The position numbers and the translations under genes are program-made. The notes beneath the pieces are model-generated. The model was not told where the DNA came from and searched no databases. It saw nothing but the letters and a program-made list of their open reading frames with translations. A stretch of DNA of 64,000 nt from Eledone cirrhosa (taxonomy: Eukaryota), in assembly GCA_964016885.1 (NCBI GenBank), contig OZ024747.1:61256001-61320000 (forward strand), given 5' to 3'. Shown here one piece after another: positions 36,593 to 49,602 of this stretch; position 1 is the stretch's first letter; each line of letters starts with the position of its first letter.

Positions 36593-39112
36593 ACAAGAGA
36601 TATAAAGGGAGACAAAGAAATAGACAGATATGTTTGTGTCCTATAAGCAACCAACTCTGCATTACTGCATTTTAGCATTTCTCACTCTTCATTTCTTAAA
36701 GATAACTGAAACTATAAACTTCTTTTCACCTCTAAATACGAAAAATCTAGAAAGATTCTATCTCAAAAGTCATTAACTCTCTTTAAACATTGAAAAATAT
36801 TTTCTGTAATAACAACAACAACAACAACAGTTATTATATAATCCTCTCCATTTGGCAGTTGGGTTTTTATTTTTAAAAAATATAGACAATAAAATTTGTA
36901 AATTGTCGTAGTTTCTCAATTTTATATAGTTTAAAATCATATTTTCTTTATCTATATTTGTCTTATTTTCAAATGTTATTATTATTTATTTTTTTTTTTG
37001 TGATTTAAAAGTTTTTCATTAAAATTTTTTTTTTTAATTTTATATTTATTTCTTTCCATCATTTTTATCTTCCGCTCAATTTCTGTATCTTGTCAATTTT
37101 TTAAAAATTATTTTTTCATTTTTTCTAAAATGTCATGTTTAAAAAGAAGAAAACATTTGTACATATTGTTAATTTCTGTGGTTTCCACAAATTCTTTTAT
37201 ATTATATTTCTCAATTTCATCCATAATATTTCTACCATTTTCCTTTTTTCATATTCTATTTTATTTTAACCATTTTGTTTTTAGATTGTCTAATTTTTTT
37301 CTTTTTCTTATATCTGCTGCCATTAAAACAAATTTTCTTAGGTTTAAAATCATTTTTACATATTTTCTAATTTCCTTAAACCTCCATCCATCACCCACCC
37401 CATCAATTTTCTCTGTTATTTGTGTTCGATGATGTTTTTATTTCAATTTTTTTTTTTTTTTTACATTTTTATCAAGACTACAAATAATATTTGTGGTTTC
37501 ACAGCTGAACTTTGCTTTTTATCCCCTTAAGGTTCATCATCAAACGTTGCTTTGTTTTTGCTCTTAAAAACAGAGCAAATACCTCTTAAGTGCAAAAGTG
37601 CAAATACTAAGATCCTAACCTAATTTCAGTTCTCTATGAAAGTCTTTCTTTATGTATTACAAAGAACACATGTTCCTGGAAAAGCAGGAATCCCACAACA
37701 CATCAGTCTCTTCTATCAATTTGTGTGAATATGCTTTACGAGAACATTAGGAAAACAAATGAGACAACATAAACAATATCAGTTTTTTGACCAGTATAAA
37801 CATACACACACATACATACAAATAAAAACACACACACACACACACATTTCAATCACAGAACACAAGACAGACAGTGAGTCACCAAAAATTGCACTATTAT
37901 AACCCCCTGCAGATATAAACTCACTGGTTGATATGTTCACACTCTCCTGTTTGTTACAAATTTCTGGAAGATGTTGTTTAGCTCCATGTCAGCCCTGCGA
38001 TTGAACAAATCGGTCATCAAAAGCATTCCAATTATGACCACCCCATCTATTGTTTAGGTATATACAGAAATAGTTATGCTGTATATAGATCTCTAACCTT
38101 TTGCAAGATGGTAGGGTGTAAATTTAGAGCAGATTTTGCTGCTATATCTAACAGTTGAAGCATGTAGAGGATTCCTCACTAATTGTTGGTATTTCCTTAA
38201 CAATTGAATGTTATAGCAACCCTCTAATTATGAATCAGGCCAAAATCAGTTCTGGTTCTATGAAATAAAATTATCCATTTTAAAGGTTTCCAATTTAAAT
38301 CAAAATCTTCCAACATTATTTTATATAAGAACCTTTCATTAAGTTACTGTCTTAGTAATGAAATAATTAATACTTTTAGTAAATTCCTTAAAATTCTTCA
38401 TTAATTAATTAAAATAGAGTGTATTTCATTTTAGTAAAGAAATAATTAATAATTTTAGTAACTCCCTAAAAATTCTTCATTAATTAATTAAAATAGAGTG
38501 TATTTCATTAGAAATGCAACATGAAAGGGTCAACTTGTATACTATATCATTAAAAGGATACAAATTCAATTAATTGTAGAGAAAAATTATGTTCATACTT
38601 CTACTATCATTTATTCATTCTTTGTTATTTGGTATCTAATTTGTGTGTGTGACAGCAAATAAAAACATCTTGCAAGTTATTATATGTGGATATTTTTCCA
38701 TGATATCAAAGATTTACTTTAAATTACTTTAAATTTAAGATTTATCTCAAAAATATCCAACCCACCAGCTCATTTAAATATTTGTCAGACATATTTTTTT
38801 AAAACCCAGAACAAAATCAGTAGCAGAAGAGAGTAAGAAAATACTAATCGGAAGTAAACGTTTAAGTTATATTATTTATTTACTTTACAATTTACTTTTT
38901 CGAATTTCTGTTTTTGAAATTGCAAACAGAATATAATAAAACTTTCACACACATACAAAACAAATAAAAACATAAATAAAGAATCTATAACTATGGAATA
39001 TTGAAATGTAGGTTCTGGAACAACAACAATAAAAATGTAGAACAGAAAAAGTAAAATATATTCCAAAATTTTCAAAATCTATGTATTTCCTATTCAACCA
39101 ATTTTTTTTATT

Positions 39113-39195
<83 letters not shown>

Positions 39196-39208
39196 GTATG
39201 AATGTTTG

Positions 39209-39312
<104 letters not shown>

Positions 39313-40074
39313 TATATACATACAAACATTCATATATACATATATATAGATATATAGATAGACAAACACATATACATAGACCTGAACACTGTACACAATA
39401 AATTCATTATTATTATTATTATTATTATTATCATATATACATGCATACAACAACAAGAACAATAATAATAACTAATAGTCTGAAGAAAAAAGAACATTTC
39501 CTTTCAATCTTTCAATCTAAATGTAACCAAAAGTCTGGATTTAAAAACTATAGAAATGACGTTTCTGTTTGGTTAAAGGTAAACTTAGAAAATATATACA
39601 TTTTCTTTTTTCTCTCTCTCTCTATATATATATACATGCACATACATATTCACATGTACTTACAATATATGTATGTATGTGTGTATATATATAAGGTGTA
39701 GGTAGAAATGAAAGAAAAAAACAATCAATAAAAGATGCTGTAGTAGTTGAAACTATTTATGTCAACAATTTGACATATTTCTGTTTTACTTAAATTTATG
39801 TTTACGAAACCGTTTGTGATGCTGAAATTATCCAACCTTTTAATATAAATACTATATCATCATCATCATCATCATCATCATCATGTCCACCATACATCAT
39901 CTATTTTCCAGGCTTGGATAGGTTAGATGGGTTGTCACTTATTGATGTTAGTCTCACAAGCACTGCCCTTACGAATGTCACCACATTACAGCATATACTG
40001 GGAATATTTACAGAATGGACTGAGTGATTTGTTTTTTGTCACACTATATATATCATACACAATACGCCAGCATC

Positions 40075-40298
40075 AATGGTTTTCCAAGAGATGTCAACAT
40101 GAATGGACCTGTTATTTTTATCTAAAGACATTTTTTCCAATTCCACCCCACTCGTCCCTTCAATCTATCTTATTTCTCATTCTTTCTTCTGATGAAGGAC
40201 TAGGATCCGAAACGTTATGACCCTCTTTCAGCTATTTCAAGCGTTAACCTAATATATTCCTTCCATATACTGTATCGATTGTGTTGTTATTTCTGTTT

Positions 40299-40310
<12 letters not shown>
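40075..40310 (+). mobile_element. PLE-like pseudo-LTR (family D)
   Basis: Homologous to 58928-59155 and, reversed, to ~6995-7072; ends in (TA)n; carries an HHR. Confidence 0.75.
40185..40220 (+). ncRNA. Minimal (dimer-type) hammerhead ribozyme
   Basis: TCTT-CTGATGA-A-GGA(CTAGGA)TCC-GAAA-CG-TT|ATGA; AACGTT palindrome in place of helix III; helix I has one mismatch. Confidence 0.68.
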
Positions 40311-40332
<22 letters not shown>

Positions 40333-40388
40333 TAGATAGATAGATATAGATATACATATATAAAAGAAAGTAAGGTTTTTTAAAATAC

Positions 40389-40769
40389 AACTGGAGTCTT
40401 TTAAGAATATTTATTTACTTTACCAGTTTCACTGTTCTTATGATTTTCAAGAATAAAATTGAGAGAGGGATTTCTGTTTCTGTTGTATTTTATCTCGCAT
40501 CTAATTGGAGTTTGAAAATTCTTTCTGTTTTTTGCGCCATCCATTTTTTGTGCAAATATTTTTAAGTCTAATAACATGACTGTCATCAACAATTAAAAAG
40601 CAATCCTGAGCCACTTTTTTCGTACAAAACAGAAAGAATTTTCAATCTCCAACTAGATACGAGACAAACTACAACAGAAACACAAACCCTCCATCTCAAT
40701 TTTACTTTTGAAAATCATAAGAACTGTGAAATTGGTAAAGTAAATAAATATTCTTAAAAGACTCCAGTT
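40389..40769. repeat. Inverted repeat, ~145-bp diverged arms, ~85-bp spacer
   Basis: AACTGGAGTCTTTTAAGAATATTTATTTACTTTACCA... pairs with ...TGGTAAAGTAAATAAATATTCTTAAAAGACTCCAGTT. Confidence 0.9.
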
Positions 40770-41167
40770 ACATTTTCAATTTCTTTTCTTTATACATACA
40801 TACATCATCATCATCATCATCATCATCGTTTAACGTCCATCTTCCACGCTTGCATGGATTGGTTGTCTTGCTCGCATAGGACTGTCTGGCGGGTTTTCTA
40901 CGGCTGGATGCCCTTCTTAACACCAACCACGTTTACAGTGTGGACTGGGACGGTTTTACCATGTTACATACACGGCCACATTACAGCGTATATATATATA
41001 GAGGAATCAGGATAGAACCAGTTTAAAACTAGTTAGACCATTACTCAACAGAGTACTTGATACTTGATGTAGTAGAGTATGGCTATATTATAAAGAGTCG
41101 GGACCTGATGGCTGAGTTCTTGCCATTTCAATAGCTAGTTAATTTATATATAAAATATATATATAAT

Positions 41168-41505
41168 GGAGGCATATGGCTTAGTGGTTAGAGCATTGGC
41201 CTTGCAATCGAAAGGTTGTGAGTTCAATTCTCAGACCAGGTGATGTGTTGTTTCCTTGAGCAAGACACTTTATTTCACATTGCTCCAGTTTACTCAGCTG
41301 TAGAAATGAGATGATAGGGACTGAGGTCCCTATCATTCCACTGCAAAGTGGTCGTGGAGGTGCCACAGCAAAAAAGCACCCAGCACTCACTGTAAAATGA
41401 GGTTGGTTGGTGTTAGGAAGGGCATCCAGCTGTAGAAATCGAGCCAGAATCAGTTCCCGTCCCACCCTTGCAAGCAGGGAAAAGCGGACGTAAAATGATG
41501 GTGAT
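41168..41505 (+). mobile_element. Full-length family 2 SINE: tRNA head, conserved core, RTE tail
   Basis: A and B boxes present; 3' end CGTCCCACCCTTGCAAGCAGGGAAAAGCGGACGTAAAATGATG matches the LINE end at 940-982. Confidence 0.9.
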
Positions 41506-42034
41506 TTGATATGATGATATATATATATATATATGGGTGTGTATGTTGTATGTGTGCATGTTTATGCATGTGTTAATAGTACTTGGATGTATCTGTTTGT
41601 TAGTTGGTGTTTGTTAGCAGTGTGTGTGTGTGTGTGTGCATGTGTGAGTGTAACTAGGTATTGTTTAGTCCAAGCAACAAAACAACAACAACAATAACAA
41701 CCAAAAGACAAATTTCTTGCTTATTTCTTTCTTTCAAACAATATACAGATTTATGGTGCAATATTTATCAATAATAGATAATAATATATCACTACTGACC
41801 CTGCTGCCACCTTTACCCCTAATTCCATATACCTGAGTATTTTAACTTCTATATTATTGGGGAAATACGGCACTAAAGTCTTTATCTCTCTCCCTTGAAG
41901 AAACTTTCATATCTATAAGCAATTTCTATTATTGCAACTATTAATCATTTCATTTATCTGGAATTACCGCAATAATGTTTCTTTGATATCATTAACAACT
42001 GCAATAATAACAATATCATAAAAGGTTCTAGTAA

Positions 42035-42074
<40 letters not shown>

Positions 42075-42176
42075 TTCTACTTTAGGCACAAGGCCAGCAA
42101 TTACCCAGTGCATTACTGGTACTTTATTTTATTGACCCCGTAAGGATGAAATAATAATAATAATAATAATAATAAT

Positions 42177-43625
42177 GCTTTCTTTATTAACCACAAGGGT
42201 TTACATAAAGTAGACATTAAGGACTGTACAGGACAATACAGGACGGTACAAATGGGCATTTCTGCGTGTAAAAAAAACAGAGGATGTAATAAAAAATAAC
42301 AATCTCATAGCGCTCAGCGTCGACCGTCGAGATGCGCAGCAAGCCGTCAAAGTAGGGACTGAAATCCGCTACTCTCTCTGACTCGCCACTCTCCCTGAAC
42401 AACCGAGCAAAGTGCTGGCAAAAGGCCTCACACATCCGCTTGGAATCGTTTATCTCGTGTCCGTTTCGGTCCGCCAAAGACCGAATTGTGGTTTTATTAC
42501 CACGCTGCACCTCCGCCACGCGGGCCCATCGAACAGCTTTAGTTCCCTCGTTTCTCAGCGCATGCACCTTAGCTCTGACAATGCAACCTTCGTGTTTGGC
42601 ATTGAAGAAATGGTCTAATGCCATTCTCTCCGCTAGCACGTCAGTTGCGATGCCACTACAAATAGCCTCGTCTAACTTATCTACCAGCTCCCCCTCCTTT
42701 CTATGTTTCTCTAACGCTAGTTCTTTGCTGAACTCTATCGAAGTTACTCTAATCTCTCTTTTGAGAGCCCCCCACCATCTGTTGTTGATGATCCCCCCTG
42801 TCAACTTTTGCTTAACTAAATTGTTGACTCGGTCCCTGTAAGCCTTACGTGCCGGAAATGACATGTTCAGCTTCCAGTAATCCGGTCCTAACCTACGCGT
42901 TTTATTTAGGTCGACCGTACAGATCACAAATTTGTGATCTGAATAGGCAACCGTTTTAAAAAGTGGGCAGCCCACACTATTTCTATCTATTTTCCTAATG
43001 AAGATCCTGTCTATATACGATCTAGATGACCCCATTCGGTTGGTCCATGTCCATACTGGCACATTGGGGAAATCTAGTCTATACCTGTCAGACAGTTGGA
43101 ACTGGCTGAGTAGGTGCTTGAGGCTTTTGCACCCCCCGCTCCTATCAGCTACTCCCACACAATCCCAGCGTGCGTCTAAGATGCCATTCCAGTCCCCCGC
43201 TAACAGTAAAGGGCGAGACGTACCCAGAAAGGTCTCCAGGCGCCTAAAGAAGTCAGGTCGTCCGGCCCCTGTAGGGGCGTAGATGGCCAGCAGTCTAAAG
43301 GCACCACCTTCGCTACTGCTCACATCCCAGACCACCAACTTACCGTCCGGGTCCCGGAAGATCGACCTTACCTCGAGATCCAGTCCTTTCCTTAACAGCA
43401 CTGCCACCCCACCCTCCATTCCCGGCCTGCTAACAGATGCGAAGATCTGATAGTCGTCGAAAATGGGGGCTAGTGCGCGCTTGTCGGAAATTCTGGTCTC
43501 GCTTACGGCAATCACATCCATTTCCAGCGACCGGAGGTCATTGAGCAGGCGACCCTGCTTCCAGGGTGACCCCAGGCCGCGAACATTTAAATTTCCTACT
43601 CTTAATATGGCCATATTGGAAAGCT
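42177..43625 (-). mobile_element. Tx1/L1-clade retrotransposon derivative; APE endonuclease ORF (42217-43614, 465 aa) with RT deleted
   Basis: APE motifs NVRGL, SET, IYAP, GDWN, WTW...SYIDRI, SDH, YWKLN; frame jumps from ...VDAERYE into the 3' UTR; (TTA)n tail. Confidence 0.92.
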
Positions 43626-43639
43626 AAGAGAGAGAGAGG

Positions 43640-43975
43640 GAAGGTTTAGAAACATTAACCACAGACACAGCAGCAGCGACCACAGTAGTAATAACGGTAA
43701 CAATACAAACAACAACAACAATAACCACAGTGGTAATAATGGAAATAGTACATGTAGCAACATCAATGATAGACACAACAAAAACAAGAAACATAATAAA
43801 AGTAACAACCACAATGGTAGAAATAACAGTAACAACAACAATAACGGTGAAGTAAACAACAATACATCTAGCAATCATAACAATAATAATAATGCTAATG
43901 ATAGAAACAACAACAACCACCATGATAACAATAATAGCAACACACACAACTATGACGATAGATATAATGACAACC
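43640..43975. repeat. (AAC/AAT/AGT)n low-complexity tract
   Basis: Read directly. Confidence 0.85.
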
Positions 43976-44414
43976 CCTTAGAGAAACTATTTTTCAACCC
44001 AGCTGACAAAACATATAAGATGGGTAATATCTATCCTACGAGGTTACCCTTTAATAAAAGAGTTTGCATACCACAACAAATAGATGACAAGACAGAGGCA
44101 CAGTTCACCATAGCTAGAAATAAGATTAGACAAATAGTAGACAGGTATACTAAGAGACAGAGCAGACCAGAGGCCCAACAACTTGGGAGGAAACCTGTAG
44201 AAGGCTTGGTTAGCCTCAAGCAGCGCACAAGGGATGGTGAGTAAATAAAATAAAATAAATAAATAAATAAATAAATAAAGCACAATAACAACAAGCACAT
44301 AAACACACACTAGTCACCCATCACACGGCAAACAAAACACTATACACACACGCAAACGCATGCGCAAAGAAGACAAAATAAAATAAACAAACAAGCAAAT
44401 AAATAAATAAATAT

Positions 44415-44778
44415 ATAGACAGACTGAATAAAAATGGCGTAGACATACAATACAACAGGAGGAAAAGATAGCACCACTGACGATGTTGCAGATGTGCAAC
44501 GAAAGATTTATGATAAACTATATATATGTGTTTGTGTCTATATTGTATCTGTATTATTTTTGACCGTTGGTCAGTCAATGGCAACATTGAGGACCGAGTA
44601 AGTTAGATTACCGATATAAAAGACACAGAAGCGAGAAGCGAAAACCAACCAAACAGTGAGTGTGTTCTGTTATTAATTCTGGCAATATTACACAAATATG
44701 ACCTCCCCAAGTATAACAATATTTGTTTCGACACACGATTTCATATAAAAAACCTCGCAAAACTAATTCATCGCCGCT
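44415..44778. mobile_element. Interspersed repeat (family E) with HHR-like core at 44472-44520
   Basis: Homologous to 59515-59842; CTGACGA-T-GTTGCA(GATG)TGCAAC-GAAA conserved in both copies; helix I not convincingly formed. Confidence 0.65.
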
Positions 44779-44976
44779 ATATATTTATATATATATATAT
44801 ATATAATATATATATATCATATATATATAAAGCATATATCATATATATATATTTATATATTATATATATATATATTAATATATATACATCATATATAAAA
44901 CATATATTATATATATATATATATTATATATATATATATATATTAATATATATATATCATATATAAAGCATATATC

Positions 44977-45011
<35 letters not shown>

Positions 45012-45276
45012 ATATATATTAATATATATATATCATATATAAAACATATATTATATATATATTTATATATTATATATATATATATATATTAATATATATA
45101 TATCATATATATATAAAGCATATATCATATATATATATATTTATATATTTATATATATATATATATAATATATATATATCATATATATATAAAGCATATA
45201 TCATATATATATATTTATATATTATATATATATATATATATATTAATATATATATATCATATATAAAGCATATATC

Positions 45277-45307
<31 letters not shown>

Positions 45308-45360
45308 ATATATATTAATATATATATATCATATATAAAACATATATTATATATATTATG
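44779..45360. repeat. AT-rich compound repeat with (TA)n-CATATATAAA(A/G)CATAT units
   Basis: Read directly. Confidence 0.9.
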
Positions 45361-46119
45361 TGTGTGTGTGTGTTTACACCCCCTTCCTCCATCTCTTTAT
45401 AAGTGTTCCTCTTCCCCACCATCAGTTTCATGTGAGTGATATAATTTTCTTAATTAGCTTTAACAGTTAATTAATGGACTACTCAATTAGTAAAGCAATT
45501 AAGAGATTGGCCCAGAGGCCAAATGATAAACTGATTATTTCCCTTTAGTTTATAACGCTGTTATATTTCAGTTTGCCATGTAGATCGTAAATAGTTATTG
45601 GATATTTACGATATTTATATGGACTATCTGGGTGTAGGATATTTCCAGCTCATTTTTATTGGAAATATATAATATTTACATAGAACATGTGGCCTAATGA
45701 GTAGAGTATTGAATTGATTATGAGACAGTCATGGATTCAATTCCCGGACCATGTAGTGTAGTGTGTTATATATTTTTAGCAAGATGTTTCATTTTATATA
45801 TATCCAATGAAATATGGTTTTAAATTAAATTTGGAGAGAATTTACATAGATTTAGAAATGTAACTAACTTTCTCATTGCTAAATTGGTGTTTGGAACATA
45901 GCTTAAAGAAAATTCTGACGGAACGTATTTAAATAAATATAAGTAGTTCCATATTGTAGAACCAGGATTGGTATAAAAAAAAGGTAAGATAATTTGATTA
46001 AGTAAATACCTCACAGTATTTCACCCAACTCTCTGTATTCTGAGTTCAAATCCCACAGAGGTCATCTTTGTCTTTTATCTTTTCAGAATCAATAAATAAT
46101 ATAGTAGTCCAGGGCAAAT

Positions 46120-46350
46120 CATCATCATTTTTATGTCCGCTTTTCCATGCTTGCATGGGTTGGACAGGTCCTTCTCAGCACGGCATCTCTCCACTTGTCT
46201 CCCTCCTTTCTCATCTTCTCTGCCGCCAGACTTAGCAATTTGCAGTGCTTCATAACCTCTACCCAGGTCTCTCTTAGTTGTTCTCTATTGCAGCTTCTTT
46301 CCACTAGGATTTCCTGGCATTTCTTCACCCATCGGTCATTGTCCATGTGC
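46120..46350 (-). mobile_element. RTE LINE 3' fragment
   Basis: MDNDRWVKKCQEI...KWRDAVLRRTCPTHASMEKRT, homologous to 945-1229. Confidence 0.88.
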
Positions 46351-46351
46351 A

Positions 46352-47425
46352 GATCATCATCATCATCATCATCATTTAACGTCCATCTTCCACGCTTGCA
46401 TGGGTTTGGACGGGAGTTTTCCCACTTGAGGCAAGAGTTGTTGTCATGCTCGCATAGGACTGTCTGGCGGGTTTTCTACGGCTGGATGCCATTCCTAACA
46501 CCAACCATGTTTACAGTGTGGACTGGGAGGTTTTTACTGTGTTGCCTACACGGCCACATTACAGCGTGGACTGTGTGTTTTTTTTGTCGTGACACCTACA
46601 CGACCTCATTTGTTTCGGACTGGATGTTGTGGTACCAACATAACTTTACATTGAAAGGGGTGGTGTGGATGGGGTGGGGGTAGTGGGACGGAGATGTATT
46701 TTTGTTAGAGGTGTCTACTGACTGTAGTAGGTTTCACTTTGTACTTAGGTAAGGCAGGTCTTCTGTATTACTGTGTAGCGCCAAAGATCTCGGTCCAGTG
46801 ACATTGTCTTGGAGAGGTGTAAGTGTGTGAGGTCGGAATTTATCAAGTCGTCCCAGGTTTTTCTGGGTCTGCCTACTCCGTGGCTACCGTCTATTTTTAT
46901 TGACCTGCACTTTTTTATACAGCTGTCGTCTTTCATGCGCATCACGTGACCATACCAACGTAGTCTTCTATCGAGTAAACAACATCTGATCCCTCTTATT
47001 TCTAATTTTTCCCTTAGTTTGTTTATGCTTTGCCGTTCACGTATATTACTATTACACATCCAGCGGAGCATGCAAGCTTCATTCCTCTCCAGTCTGCGTA
47101 TATCCTCTGCACACAATGCCCAGGTCTCACTGCCATGTAACATTACTGTTCTATGCAGGCATCATACAGCCTGCCTTTCATTTTTAGAGAGAACCCTTTA
47201 GCAGCTAATAGTGGTATAAGCTCTCTGAACTTTTTCCAACCAGTTCTGACTCTAGCTACTGTACTTTCAGAGCACCCTCCACCACTGCTGATTTTGTCAC
47301 CCAAGTAATGAAAGGTGTCCACTATTTCTATAGAACCATCTGTGCAATGGAATGAGCTAGTATTTTTGGGCACTTGCTGCTACTTATTGCACCAGAGCAC
47401 CGGCCACATATAAAATCTATGTTCT
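46352..47425 (-). mobile_element. RTE LINE, 5'-truncated, with long 3' UTR
   Basis: FHYLGDKISSGGG...KGRLYDAC / MLHGSETW...RRLRWYGHVMRM...GRPRKTW with one frameshift. Confidence 0.93.
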
Positions 47426-48284
47426 TAGTTGTTTAAGAAAATTGTTAAAACATTTCACATGATGACTTGTAAGATATCTTTCAGCCATTTGTGTTCTGAA
47501 TTTCCATGCAGTATCACTGGTGCCAAGTTGTATTGGTCTTAGACTTTCTCTTATAGAACATTAGTGGTGGAGATGAGAGACTTATATGGACGGGTAATTG
47601 CTGGTCATCCAATCAGGCTTGCATTTAGAACTTGGGGAGCCCAGGGTAGTTCAGGTTTTCATACACAAAAAATTAGAATACACAGCAAAGCCCCCAATTT
47701 TACATATCAAAGTTAGCTTACCACATGTAATTGGAATTAAAAAGTTATACATACAGGTATTAGATTCTAAAATTCTAACCATTCTTAAACTAAAAAGCCC
47801 AGCTGAGGGCACAAATTGATTGCTACAGTCATCGCTGGTGGAACCCACCACTGCAGGGGATCCAGGGCAATTGCCCCCTTTGTCTCTCATTATATCTGGC
47901 CCTGTATGCAATATAAAAAGAACAAAAGAAAAGACCTGTACATCCGTGCTCTCCCAACACATACAGAGAAACACCAGTAACATAAAAATCCATAGAAAGA
48001 AGTATAACACACATTAAGACAGGCCAGTCACTGCAATAAAGGCATACATACTATGTTTAAAATATGGCTGACAAACATAATATAGGAGAACAGAATGTAG
48101 AGATATAAGGGAAAGGGTCTCTTTGTTCGCTACTTTAAGAAAGGTTGCAGGAATGGTAAAAGATGTAGAAGTTGGCATATATTCACTTCTTGTTAAACAC
48201 TCTGTTACTTTACAGTTGCCACAAGACAAATTGTTACTTTCTCTATTCACACTGTAAATAGCAGGATTCCATGAATATATGAAT

Positions 48285-48965
<681 letters not shown>

Positions 48966-49602
48966 GCCCACACATGTACACCTACATATACATAACACCA
49001 GCACATACATCAATGCCTGGCTTCAAGCCAGATAAGTTTCAGGCGGAAGATCAAATAGATTGTTGAGCCAGTTTCAGTAGTGCGTGAAATTTCTATTTGG
49101 ACTGCAAATGATTCTTGCAATATTCCACAACGACTGAGGAGCTTCCACCTGCCATAACCATAATAGGTTTTGGTGTCATTCGTAAACAGAAACTGTCAAA
49201 GATATTTTACTGTCGACCATTTCAGCTTCTAAAAATAAATTGAATATCCTTGTAGCTTCACTGTCTTTTATAGATCAGAAAATTCCATTATGTTTTTGGA
49301 AAGCTTGATTTAGGCTACTGCTACTACTACTACTACTACTACTGCTACTACTACTACTGCTACTACTACTGCTACTGTTGCTGTTGTTGTTGTTGGTGTT
49401 GTTAATCTTGCTGCTGCTGTCTCAGCAGATTTTGATGTATGTATAGTAGGTTTTTGTCAGCCTGATTAAATCAAGCTAAAACAACAACAACTAAGGACAT
49501 AAACACAAATTGGGAAAAGAAAAAAATGGGGGGGGGGAGAAGGGAAAGGAAATATATATTTAATTTATTTATAGAAATAATAATAATAATAATAATAATA
49601 AT

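Noticed and set aside
41168-41240. tRNA genes at SINE heads
   Set aside because: A and B boxes are present, but the sequence continues into SINE bodies and no full cloverleaf is evident
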